Shown piece after piece: positions 13,058 to 22,700 of a DNA stretch of 64,000 nucleotides. A program made the translations under genes and the position numbers. The stretch is taken from positions 320,001 to 384,000 of the forward strand of contig CAWKDB010000011.1 in the NCBI GenBank assembly GCA_963848295.1. Reading direction: 5' to 3'. Within the stretch, counting starts at the first letter, position 1. Each line of letters begins with the position of its first letter. Under the pieces are notes generated by a model, which worked only from the letters and a program-made list of their open reading frames with translations, was not told the DNA's origin and searched no databases. This stretch comes from an uncultured delta proteobacterium (GTDB lineage Bacteria; Myxococcota_A; Polyangia; Haliangiales; Haliangiaceae).

Positions 13058-13264
13058 TTAGCGGGCGAGCAGAGTCCTCGCGGCGGCGTGCGCGTCGCCG
13101 TTCTTCGCGAGGCTACGCGCGAGATCGCTGAGCGTGCACCCGGCGAGCTTGAGCTTGCGCCAGAGATCGGGGTGCTCGCTGCACGCGCGCACGGCGGCGG
13201 CGAGTTCGGTTTGGCTCGGCTCGGCAGCGAGCCCCATGGTGTGGTGTGCAGTCGGATCGCTCAT
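13058..13264 (-). CDS. Small hypothetical protein (element)
   Basis: ATG at 13264 preceded by GAAAGG; 68 aa. Confidence 0.55.
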   Translation of the reverse strand: MSDPTAHHTMGLAAEPSQTELAAAVRACSEHPDLWRKLKLAGCTLSDLARSLAKNGDAHAAARTLLAR

Positions 13265-13370
13265 GACGGTGACCTTTCGTATCGGTGCTGAACGCCGCAC
13301 GCGGGATGCGCGAGGCGAATCGGTTTCTTGATCCTCGGACGTGTTCGTTCGCCGGGTTCCAGTGCTCGGT

Positions 13371-13558
13371 GTGTCCCGCCCCAATCTCTTAGGGGCGGAC
13401 ACGCCTGGACCCGGCTGTGTCCCAAGGTTCGGGACACGCACGGGACACACGGGACACACGTCGGTCGCTCCGACGACAACCGCGTGTCCCAAGGCTCCGG
13501 ACACGTTGATAGGCTGGGAGCGTGTCCCGGCGCTCGCGGAAACAACATGTCCGGACAC
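13371..13558. repeat. Iteron-like cluster (GGACAC/GTGTCC x10), putative replication origin
   Basis: Ten exact hexamers in both orientations, immediately downstream of the helicase gene. Confidence 0.8.
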
Positions 13559-13565
13559 GCTCCGA

Positions 13566-15116
13566 TCACGGTGTCACTGCCTTCCAATTGCCGCCGTGGA
13601 TCCGCGTGATCCGCCCCGCGGTCTCTAGCCGAATAGCGGCAGCGTCGACCCTGGCGGGACGGACCCCAGTACCTCGCTTGTCCTTCACGCGGCCGATCGC
13701 GGCGTCGCGAAGATCGCGGCTACCGATCCCGATGTCGGGCGACGCCGCCACGACCGCGAGCACGATCGGATCGAGAAGCGCCGACTCCTGCGATGCGCGC
13801 GCGTTCTGGAGCGAGCCCGCGCGCTCGTGCCGGACGTACTTGCGGCCTTCGTCGTCGGCGCCAAAGCGGCGCACGATCACGAACGGCTCGACGTCAATCT
13901 CGTGGTTCGACTCGACGCTAACGACGACTTGGTGCTCGCTCGGACCACGCTCGATGCCGACCGCGTGACGCGTTGTGGCCCCGATCAAGCTCGATCCGCG
14001 AGCCCGCTGAAGCACGCCGGTGCCGGTCGCCGGCGCGTCGCCCGTCCCCTTGCGGAAGTGGTGCACGATTGGGATTGCCGTCGACGTTTCGAGCGAAAGA
14101 TCGCGCCACCGATTCATAATCGGCGCCATCCGCTCGACGCTGTTCTCGTCGGCGTTGTGGACCGTCGACAGCGAGTCGATCGCGCAGATGTCGTAGTCGC
14201 CGAGCTGCGACTTGAGCCGGGCAACGTGGCTCGGATCGTCGAGGTACAGGGCGCTCGTCGCGTCGATGTCGAGATGGTCGGCGAGTTCCCATAGCTCGAT
14301 GGTCGCGCCGCGGGCGAGCTGATGTAGCCGTCGCCGGGTCGTGCGGACCGAGTCTTCGCGCAGAAAGAGCAACACGCGACAACGCCGGTTCAGCCTCACG
14401 CCACACCACTCCTTGCGGCCGGCCGCGAGGTGCAGCATGAGATCCTCGACGAGGAACGTCTTCCCGACCTTCGGATCGCCGATAAACAAGCTCGGTTCGC
14501 CGCGGACGATCAGACCGTGCGCCTCGAACACGTCAGCCGGATTGTCGTCGGGCTCGTCGCCCACAAACTCGATGAAGGGTCGGCCGTAGCGCGGCGCCCC
14601 GTCGCTGCGTTTCAAGACCTCGCGGTAGCGTTCGTTGAACTGCTCGATCTGTCGAATCGCGTCGGCGCTGTACTCGTCCGGATCGTCGTCGCCGCGAGCA
14701 GCACAGCGAGCGATCTGATCGAGGATGATCGACAACCCGCGCTTGTACGCGGCATCTCGAACGATCGCGACGTACGCGACGACGTTGTCCGCGGTCGGGA
14801 CGCGGAGCGCCAGTTCACCGAGGAACGCGATACCCCCGACCGCGTCGAGCTTGCCGGCCCTCTCGATCTCGGCTTCGAGCGTAACGACGTCGATCGGGGC
14901 GCCGGCCGCTTCGAGGTTCCGCATCCCAGCGAACACGATCCGGTGTTGCGGCGCGTAGAAATCGCTCGGCTCCAACTGTGGCAGCGACGCGAGCTGGGCG
15001 TTGTCGAGGATAACGCCGCCGAGGATCGATGCTTCGGCGTCGAGGTTGTGCGGCAGCGACGTCGCGATCGCGCGCACCGACTGAGCGCGGCCGTTGTTAT
15101 GTGCGATCGAATTCAT
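13566..15116 (-). CDS. Replication protein: DnaB N-terminal domain fused to a RepA-like (AAA_25) helicase
   Basis: LPHNLDAEASILGG...DFYAPQHRIVF...PIDVVTL (DnaB-N); Walker A GDPKVGKT; IDSLS; IVHHFRK; ARGSS. Confidence 0.88.
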   Translation of the reverse strand: MNSIAHNNGRAQSVRAIATSLPHNLDAEASILGGVILDNAQLASLPQLEPSDFYAPQHRIVFAGMRNLEAAGAPIDVVTLEAEIERAGKLDAVGGIAFLGELALRVPTADNVVAYVAIVRDAAYKRGLSIILDQIARCAARGDDDPDEYSADAIRQIEQFNERYREVLKRSDGAPRYGRPFIEFVGDEPDDNPADVFEAHGLIVRGEPSLFIGDPKVGKTFLVEDLMLHLAAGRKEWCGVRLNRRCRVLLFLREDSVRTTRRRLHQLARGATIELWELADHLDIDATSALYLDDPSHVARLKSQLGDYDICAIDSLSTVHNADENSVERMAPIMNRWRDLSLETSTAIPIVHHFRKGTGDAPATGTGVLQRARGSSLIGATTRHAVGIERGPSEHQVVVSVESNHEIDVEPFVIVRRFGADDEGRKYVRHERAGSLQNARASQESALLDPIVLAVVAASPDIGIGSRDLRDAAIGRVKDKRGTGVRPARVDAAAIRLETAGRITRIHGGNWKAVTP

Positions 15117-15118
15117 GT

Positions 15119-15304
15119 TCAGTCGATCAGTCGGCGCTCGGTGTGGGTCGGTGCGGAACGAACGTCGTCGAGCAGGCGAAGTTTGCGATCGAGTTCGAAG
15201 AGTTTTTGACGGTCCAGCCGCGCGCGATCTTCGAGACGTGCGAGGCGTGCCGCTACACGTTCGCGATCGGCGATCAATTGCGAGCGAGACCGCGCGCGCG
15301 TCAT
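15119..15304 (-). CDS. Small coiled-coil hypothetical protein
   Basis: Start overlaps the upstream gene's stop; stop lies 2 nt before the helicase start. Confidence 0.5.
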   Translation of the reverse strand: MTRARSRSQLIADRERVAARLARLEDRARLDRQKLFELDRKLRLLDDVRSAPTHTERRLID

Positions 15305-15615
15305 CGGCCGCGACCCCGATTCGTCGGCGACGACAGCGGCTGCGCGCCGAGCAAGACTGCCTCGATCATCGAGACCCTTCCGAGCCAGCCGCGTCCGACC
15401 TTGCGAAGCGCGCCCGCACCGACCAGCGACGGAATGAGATCGGTGAGCCAGATCCGGCGCGTCGTACCGGGAACCGCTTCGACGAGCGTCGCGACGGTCC
15501 AGCGCCGCACGGGGTCACTCGGCGCCACTGTTGCCGCACGAGGTCCGCGCGATGTCACCGGCTCCGCACCAACCGGCGCGGTCGATTCGTCGACGACACG
15601 AAGCGGCGTGATCAT
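15301..15615 (-). CDS. Hypothetical protein (element)
   Basis: 4-nt overlaps with both neighbours. Confidence 0.55.
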   Translation of the reverse strand: MITPLRVVDESTAPVGAEPVTSRGPRAATVAPSDPVRRWTVATLVEAVPGTTRRIWLTDLIPSLVGAGALRKVGRGWLGRVSMIEAVLLGAQPLSSPTNRGRGR

Positions 15616-15938
15616 GACGCCCGCCGTGGATCGGGATCCGCCATCGAGTGACCGGCTATGTTGCGTACCGGCCGCGCAGCGCTGATCGGGATGATCGGCG
15701 TCGCATCAGGTTCGCGCTCGTCGCCGATGTGACGCCGCGCCATCCACGCTCGCAGCTCGGCGATCTTGAAGCGTACGAGTCTCGGACCGAGACGATAGTG
15801 CGGGATGGTGCCGCGCGACACCCAAGCGCGCACGGTCCCGACGCGTACACCGAGCAGCCGGGCCGCGCCTTCGTAGTCGATCGGTTCCGCCGTGATGTCG
15901 TCGTGCGATGGCGGCGTCGTCGTTCGGTGATCTCGCAT
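15612..15938 (-). CDS. Excisionase-like HTH DNA-binding protein
   Basis: IDYEGAARLLGVRVGTVRAWVSRGTIPHYRLGPRLVRF (HTH_17 pattern). Confidence 0.85.
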   Translation of the reverse strand: MRDHRTTTPPSHDDITAEPIDYEGAARLLGVRVGTVRAWVSRGTIPHYRLGPRLVRFKIAELRAWMARRHIGDEREPDATPIIPISAARPVRNIAGHSMADPDPRRAS

Positions 15939-15996
15939 TTGAGATACCGATAGCGCCGTTCACCGCGCGCAATACCCTACGTCAGATGGCAGGTGA

Positions 15997-16734
15997 TCAC
16001 GCTGGGTTGCGGGATGCGCGGTATCCCGCTCGACGTAGCCGCTGCCAGCGCGCGTCTGCAACGTCCGCGTGACGTCGATCGAGATTCACCGCCTCAGTCG
16101 CCTGATCGTCGACGACCGGCCGAACGGCAGCATCGAGTGCACGGTCGAGCTTGCCGTGATCGTGCGAGCCGGGTCCGAGCCATTCGGCTGCCGCGAACAC
16201 GCGCCCGATTTCGTGGTCGGCGAGTACCGAGCGCGCAAGCACGTGCCATGCAGCGTCGATCGAGCCGGTCGGCAGTTGCCCGAGCCCGGCACGTGCGGCG
16301 TCGCGCATCCTTGCGGCGATCGTGATGGCGATGCCCATGATCTCCGTGAGCCGTCGCGGACTCCGCGGTCCGCGGCGATACGCACGTCGCACGCTGTCCA
16401 CCATCGCACGCTCGATCTCGCCGTCGAGCTGCGCGTGGATCGCCGCGACCGTTTCCTCGTCGAGGCCGTCGAGCTTACCCGCCCCCTTCACGCGCACCGC
16501 GTGATCGATCCGGCTCCACGATTGCTGAGCTGCGTGCATGTCGCGGCGGGTTCCACTGCGCTCGCGATCGGCATCGCGGAGTACGACCAGCTCGGCGAGT
16601 AGCCACCGCATCACAACGCGGCGTTCCTCGATACGGAGGTTCACTCGCGCGTGTCGTCGCGGATGCAACCCCGGCGCGTTCGAGGCCGCGGCGGACTTCG
16701 CATTGCGCTCGGCGGCTCGTCGCGTGCTGCTCAT
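15997..16734 (-). CDS. Hypothetical protein (element)
   Basis: 245-aa ORF heading the minus-strand module; no motif recognised. Confidence 0.5.
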   Translation of the reverse strand: MSSTRRAAERNAKSAAASNAPGLHPRRHARVNLRIEERRVVMRWLLAELVVLRDADRERSGTRRDMHAAQQSWSRIDHAVRVKGAGKLDGLDEETVAAIHAQLDGEIERAMVDSVRRAYRRGPRSPRRLTEIMGIAITIAARMRDAARAGLGQLPTGSIDAAWHVLARSVLADHEIGRVFAAAEWLGPGSHDHGKLDRALDAAVRPVVDDQATEAVNLDRRHADVADARWQRLRRAGYRASRNPA

Positions 16735-17013
16735 GGTCCGTCTTCGTTCCCTGGTCCGCGTGCATCGAAAGGGAACCCGCCGAGCGCACGCTACGGACCA
16801 GAGACGTGCTACCGGGTGCCCCCGGTCGGCGGTGCAGCTCGAAGCTGCGAGCCCATCCTCGCGATCGAAACGTTCGCAGTCAACCGGAACGAAGCGCGGG
16901 TCCGCGATCGAGCCGCCAGTGATCGACCCGAAAGGTCAAGGCACCGTCGTGGATAACCCCCCGAGATCGTACTGTTCACGCCGAATCGCGCGGGGTCGTG
17001 GTACGCCACCGGC

Positions 17014-17754
17014 ATGCCGGGCCCGTTGCTTCCGAAAGCGCCCATCGACGAGGTGGTGTTCGGCTTCATACTCAGCACGCCGCTCGGCCCCGATGCGGTG
17101 GACGCGGGTCGCTACTTCGCGGACCGCCGGGACCGGTTCACGAAGCATGAAATCAAAGAGCCGATCCTTTCGGAGCCGGGCTGGGTCGAATCACCGGGCC
17201 CGGTGCGCGTGTGGCTTTCGTCGGAGGACGAGAGTTGGCTTGTGCAGCTGCAACAGGACCGCTTCCACGCAAACTGGCGTCGGAGGGGCGAAGCCGTCTA
17301 CCCTGGTTTCACGCGCGCCGGCGGGGCAATGCATTTCGCTCTCGATGAATTCCGGCGTTTCCAGGATTTCTGCGAGCGACTACGTGGCGAACGACCGACG
17401 GTAGCGGCGATCGATGTGTCGAAGATCGACGTGCTGGTCCAGGCGCGCCACTGGGATGACCTCGCCGATGCACTGCACCTCGTCCCCAGCCTCCGTGCGA
17501 TCTCCGAGATTACAACCGCGCCGACACCGGTCATGTCGCTCGGCTACCAGGAGTCGCTCAACGGCATGACGGTTTCCGTCTCGATCATGCCTGCCAAAAC
17601 AAAGGCCCCACCGTCGGTGTCCGCGTTCAGGTTAGAATTTCGGGCGGCCCAACCCGCAGGCGACGACCTGGAGGCGCAGTTTGTGGCGATGAACGTTGTG
17701 CTGAACGAAGCGTTTGTGCGCGCCGTACCCAATCACGAGACGAGGTTCTCGTGA
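17014..17754 (+). CDS. TIGR04255-like family protein
   Basis: KAPIDEVVFG, RVWLSSEDESWLVQLQQDRFHANWR, YPGF, typical of this family as recalled. Confidence 0.78.
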   Translation: MPGPLLPKAPIDEVVFGFILSTPLGPDAVDAGRYFADRRDRFTKHEIKEPILSEPGWVESPGPVRVWLSSEDESWLVQLQQDRFHANWRRRGEAVYPGFTRAGGAMHFALDEFRRFQDFCERLRGERPTVAAIDVSKIDVLVQARHWDDLADALHLVPSLRAISEITTAPTPVMSLGYQESLNGMTVSVSIMPAKTKAPPSVSAFRLEFRAAQPAGDDLEAQFVAMNVVLNEAFVRAVPNHETRFS

Positions 17755-18254
17755 GCTTCGACGGGAGTTCCAGTTCGTCGACGGTGGACGATGTCGTTGA
17801 AGCGATTCCGATCGGCCGTCCGCGTTCGCCGATGGTTCGGCGGCGCGCGACGCAGAAGCAGGACGCGACCACGGGGGACGGCAATCTCCACCGTGGGACC
17901 GTAGATGCCGGCGAGGGGTCAGGACTCGACAGTGTCGAGATGACGGCGAAGCCGTTCGTCGTCGAAGGCGATCTGCGAGCGTTCGTTCGATGGGTCGAGC
18001 AACGCAAGCTGACCTTCATCGTCAACTACGTCGCTGAAATTCTTCGAGAGATTCTTCACTCGTCGGTCGTGACAGCCAGCCTCGATACAGAGCCCGACGA
18101 TCCCGAGGTAAGCCGGGTGATGCTCGTCGCTACGGTGCGCGTGGACGACGAGCAGGCGCTAGACCACCTGTTCGGCTTCACCGGTATGCCGTGGTGGCTG
18201 GGCATCGTTCGCTCGACGCGGAATGCAGTCGTAGTCGACATCCAACGCGGGTAG
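17751..18254 (+). CDS. Hypothetical protein, candidate antitoxin partner of the HEPN gene
   Basis: Overlaps the upstream gene (GTGA); disordered N-half, C-domain ...DDPE...ALDHLFGF..PWW. Confidence 0.6.
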   Translation: MSFDGSSSSSTVDDVVEAIPIGRPRSPMVRRRATQKQDATTGDGNLHRGTVDAGEGSGLDSVEMTAKPFVVEGDLRAFVRWVEQRKLTFIVNYVAEILREILHSSVVTASLDTEPDDPEVSRVMLVATVRVDDEQALDHLFGFTGMPWWLGIVRSTRNAVVVDIQRG

Positions 18255-18259
18255 CAGCC

Positions 18260-18655
18260 GTGAACGATTGGGCCGGCTTTCTCGCGCTTGCCAAGACACT
18301 CGCGCAAGCCCTTCCAGCGGAGGGCGCCAGCCTTCGTTCAGCGATCTCGCGCGCCTACTACTCGGCGTACAATGACGCGAGGCAATACCTTCGCTCGAAG
18401 GACTTGAACTACAACCTGTCGAGAAACGACTCACAGCACGAGAAGGTGTGGACCTGGTTCTCGTCTCAGTATGGGAGGGTGACCCAAGTCGCGACGCTCG
18501 GCGAGGCGCTGCGTAAGAAGCGGAACAACGCAGACTACGAATCAACGTTTCCGAATCTCAAGTACGAGGCAGGTGACAGCGTGCAGAAGGCCCAGCGGAT
18601 CCTCGTGCTGCTCGCCGACGCGCGCACGCCGCCTGTGCGTCCACCGTCGCGATAG
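18260..18655 (+). CDS. HEPN domain protein (UPF0332-like)
   Basis: SAISRAYYSAY, QH, LRKKRNNADY motifs. Confidence 0.85.
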   Translation: MNDWAGFLALAKTLAQALPAEGASLRSAISRAYYSAYNDARQYLRSKDLNYNLSRNDSQHEKVWTWFSSQYGRVTQVATLGEALRKKRNNADYESTFPNLKYEAGDSVQKAQRILVLLADARTPPVRPPSR

Positions 18656-18909
18656 CTTCGACATCGGTCCCTTGGCGCTCGGTTGGCAGGGTCCACCGAT
18701 CGCGCGCTCCTACGCGAAGCTATGAGGCGACCGCGGCCGACGATCCTGGGGTCCACTGGGGGTACAGCTGAACGTGCACGAAGCGAATCGAGCGATCGCG
18801 AGCGTTATCGATTGTCTCTATCGCTTCGCGTGAATCCTCGACGGAGAATCGTGGTTTTCGGGAGCTTCGTCCGCGATCTCGCTCGCTTGCTCGTCGACCG
18901 CTGAAACCC

Positions 18910-18933
18910 GTTCAAGTCCCGACGGGGTCACCA
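18910..18933 (+). repeat. attR: displaced original tRNA-Glu 3' end including CCA
   Basis: GTTCAAGTCCCGACGGGGTCACCA. Confidence 0.95.
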
Positions 18934-18942
18934 ATCTGAACG

Positions 18943-18971
18943 GAACGATGTCGCCGGCTTCGGCGTCGTTC
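18943..18971 (+). terminator. Hairpin, probably the native tRNA operon terminator
   Basis: GAACGATGTCG / CGGCGTCGTTC stem (with G-U pairs) just after attR; no U-tract. Confidence 0.45.
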
Positions 18972-19118
18972 GGGCCATCCATCCCGGCGTTGTAGCGCGG
19001 GTCAGCCGGTCGTGACGACGTGCTACTCGCGTCACCGCCACCAGGCCATGCGCTCCTCACGTTCGTCTCTCGTTGTCCGCACACAACCCGCCGGTCGAAG
19101 TTGCATAGGATGGTGGCA

Positions 19119-19717
19119 ATGCGCATCCGATCATGGGGTGTCGCGGTGCTCGTCGTCGCGCTCTCGGCTGTTCGTCGAAGTCGAACATGGCCGGCAGCGA
19201 CCGCGGCCGCAGTGACGGCGGCGACGGCGACAGCGGCCCCGCGTGCGGGACCTGCGCGATATCGACACCGACCTGCGGCGTGTACGAAGCGTGTGGCCAA
19301 CTCGTCAACTGCGGCATGTGCGCGTTCGACTCCTCGGCGCTGCCGTACCAGAGCCAGAGCGCGTTCGCGGCGAGCGCGCCGGGAGGCGCGATCGAGCTCG
19401 CTTATCTCTCGCAGGCCGACTTCACGGTGCACGTCGCGCTACGCCGGAGGCTCGTGGAGCGACAAGGTCGCCGTCTCGCGCCCGGTGAACGACACGCCGA
19501 CCAACCCCCCAGCCCGCGATCGCGCCCGACGGCACGCGCTGGCTGGAGTAGCGCTGACGAACATCGCGTACAAGCGAGGCGACGCGAACGATATCGGCAT
19601 CGACTCGCGCACGAAGCATGGAAGATCTACCAGACCAAGACGCCGTCAATGACGTCAGTTAGCACCGCGGCAAACGCATGGACGTGCGCGCCGGAACGCG
19701 ATGATGATCTGGACTAA
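19119..19717 (+). pseudogene. Frameshifted secreted-lipoprotein remnant
   Basis: Signal MRIRSWGVAVLVVALS in one frame, lipobox/Cys-rich part (GCSSK...CGTC...CGMC) in another, then a further shift. Confidence 0.45.
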
Positions 19718-19725
19718 GATAGGCC

Positions 19726-22700
19726 GTGGTGGACCACGACGCGCTGTGCGGCCGGGCGCTCGGCGAGTTCGTGCTGCGCGAACGCATCGGCGAGGGCGGG
19801 TTCGGCGCGGTGTATCGCTGCGAACAGCCGCTGCTCGGACGCGAGGCGGTCATCAAGGTCCTGCACCACGGCCTGCGCGAGAGCGAGATCGTGCTGCAGC
19901 GGTTCATGCGCGAAGCCCAGCTCGCGTCGCGGCTCGATCATCCCTACGCCGCTCACATCTACGCGTTCGGGGTCGAGAAGGATGACGGCCTGTTCTGGAT
20001 CGCGATGGAGCTGGTCCAAGGTACCGGGCTCGATCGATGGCTGCGCGATCGCGGACCGCTGCCGCTCGTCCAGCTCGTGCCGTTCTTCGAGCGGGTCGCC
20101 GAAGTCGTCCAGACCGCGCACGAGCGCGGCATCGTCCATCGCGATCTCAAGCCATCGAACATCATGGTCGTCGAGCGCGCCGGCCGGCTGCTGCCGAAGC
20201 TGCTCGACTTCGGGATCGCAAAGATGTTCGGCCCGAGCACGGCGCCGAGCGGTCCGACAACACGCCGGAGGCTCAGCTCGGTCGCGGCCGACGCCGCGAC
20301 CGAATCGCCCGAGCTGGTAACCCATGCGCCGGTGGCGGTCTCGCCGCCGTTGCGTGCGCCGAAGCCGTCGGAGATCGCGACGGTCGCTCCCACGACCGAG
20401 AAGGTGGCCGAGGACGCGCATGGCGCACCACTGACCCAAGCGAACGCGACGATCGGATCGCCGCCGTACATGTCGCCCGAGCAATGGACCGACGCGACGA
20501 CCGTGGGGCCGAGCGCCGATCTCTATGCCCTCGCGGTGGTCGCGTTCGAGGCGATCACCGGGCGCCGGCCGTTCTCGGCGCCGACGGTGACGGCGTTCGC
20601 GTACCTGCACTGCAACGAAGCGGTCCCGTCGCTCGGCAACGGCTTTCCGGCGGCCCTCGATCGGTTCTTCGCTCGCGCGATGGCCAAGCGCCCGGACGAT
20701 CGCCCGGCCACCGCGCTCGAGCTCGCGGCGACGTTACGCGTCGCAGCCGGATTCGGCTCGGTCCCCGAGGATCTACCGCGCCTCGACGAGGCGGTGCGCG
20801 ATACCTGGCTGTCCGAGGCGCCGCAGAGTCTCGCCGAGGGTGTCGGCGCGCTCGATGGTGCGCGGAACCCGCACCAGGCGCGTGATGCCGCGCGAGACCT
20901 GTTTCGCGGCTTGATCCGCTACCTGCTCGTGATCGCGCTTTCGGCGCGGGCGCAAGTCAGGAGCGAACGCGACGACCCGAGCGTGCGCGAGCTCCTCCGC
21001 GCGCTTCGCGTTCGCGAGCTCGACGAGGACGAACGGATCAAGCTACTGCGCCTGCTCGTCCGCCCATTCAGCGGGCGACCCGGCGTTCACCCGGTGCCGG
21101 AGCTCGTCGAGCTGCTCGCGGTGCACGTCGATTCCGGGGATGACGCGCTCGATGCCGTGCTCCGGATGCGGCCGTCGAGCGACCACGCCGGCTCCGAGGA
21201 CGTCGTGCGATCGCAACTCGCGCAGCTCGTCGCGGGCCTTTCGAAGTTGATGCGCGCGGCGACATTCATTCTCGACTACGCGCTCGTCGTGCCGCGAGAC
21301 GGGGTCCCCGAGCGTTGGATGGGGCTACGCCGTCAGCACCGCGCATTGGCGGTGGTCCGCGAGGTCAAGTTGGTCGAGGCGCAGCCGCTGCTCGTCGACC
21401 GCGAAGGCCGATTCGCGCTCGCGTTGTTTCCGCTGCTCCAGGTAGCGGCTCCGTCGGTGGGCGTCGACCTCGAGCTGTTCGCATTCGAAGGCAAGGGCCG
21501 CCACGGTGCGCGACTCAGCGCCGCGCCCGCGAGCTTCGATCACCACGACCCGGGAGTCTGGGATTGGTTCGGCGACAACGTGCTCGGCGAGCTCGATCGC
21601 GACAGCGAGCACGGCCAAGATGATCGCCCACCGTTCCTCGGGCTCGCGTCGTTCGCGACCGAGGACGCCGACCGCTTCGTGGGTCGCGAGCACGAGATCG
21701 ACGCGTTCATCAATCGCCTGCGTCGCCAAGCGCTGCAGATCGTCGTCGGGCCATCGGGCGCAGGCAAGAGCTCGTTCATCCACGCGGGGGTGATTCCCGG
21801 ACTCCCCGTGGGGTGGCGCGCGGTCTCGCTCAGACCGGGCGTGGCGCCGCTGACCGTGCTCGCCGCGAAGCTCGCGAGCGCGGGCCATGCCGCCGACGAG
21901 CTCCGCGCACTGTTCGCGCTCGCACCGGATGCAGCGGCGGTATCGGTGGCGAGAGCGGAAGCCCGCGAGACGGTCATCGTCGTCGATCAACTCGAAGAGC
22001 TCTTCACGTTGTGCGATAACGCCGCCGAGCGGCTGCGGTTCGCGACTGCGCTCGCACGATTATCATCGGCGCCCGATGGCTCGACCCGGGTCGTGTGTAC
22101 GGTGCGCGACGACTTCTTGATGCACGTCGAAGCGCTCGCCCCGCTGAGGCCGATGCTGTCGCCCGCGCTGTTCCTGCTCGGCAACCCATCGCGCGACGAC
22201 CTCGTCCGCACGGTGGTCGAGCCCGCTCGCCGCGCCGGCTACGCGTTGTCCGATGACGAGCTCGCGCGCGACATGGTCGGCGTCGTCGCCGATCGCCCAG
22301 GTGCGCTCGCCTTGTTGTCGTTTACGGCCTCGCGGCTGTGGGAGCTGCGCGATCGGCGGTTTCGCCAGCTGACTCGGAAGGCGTACGACGCGATGGGCGG
22401 CGTCGCCGGCGCGCTCGGCCAGCACGCCGAGGCCACGTTCTCGTCACTGCTCCACGACGATCAGCGGATCGCGCGAGAAGCATTTCGCCACCTCGTGACC
22501 GCCGACAAGACCCGCGCGGTGATGGCGGTCGACGAGCTTCGCCAGCGACTCGCGAGCTCGCGCGCGGACTCGGTGATCGATCGGCTGGTCGCCGCGCGTT
22601 TGCTCGCGGTCATCGATGGCGAAGCGCAGTCTCACATCGAGATCGTCCACGAGGCGCTGATCTCGGCGTGGCCGAGGCTCCTGCAATGGACGCGAGAGAA

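Noticed and set aside
13371..13558. Possible CRISPR array
   Set aside because: Units are 6 bp in mixed orientation, without regular spacers or cas genes; better explained as iterons.
18910..18933. Third tRNA gene
   Set aside because: Only the T-arm and 3' acceptor half is present; it is attR.
18818..19432. 204-aa ORF spanning attR as an independent gene
   Set aside because: Its upstream part is antisense to the remnant gene with shadow-like composition; only the last ~37 codons are meaningful, as the alternative Int tail.
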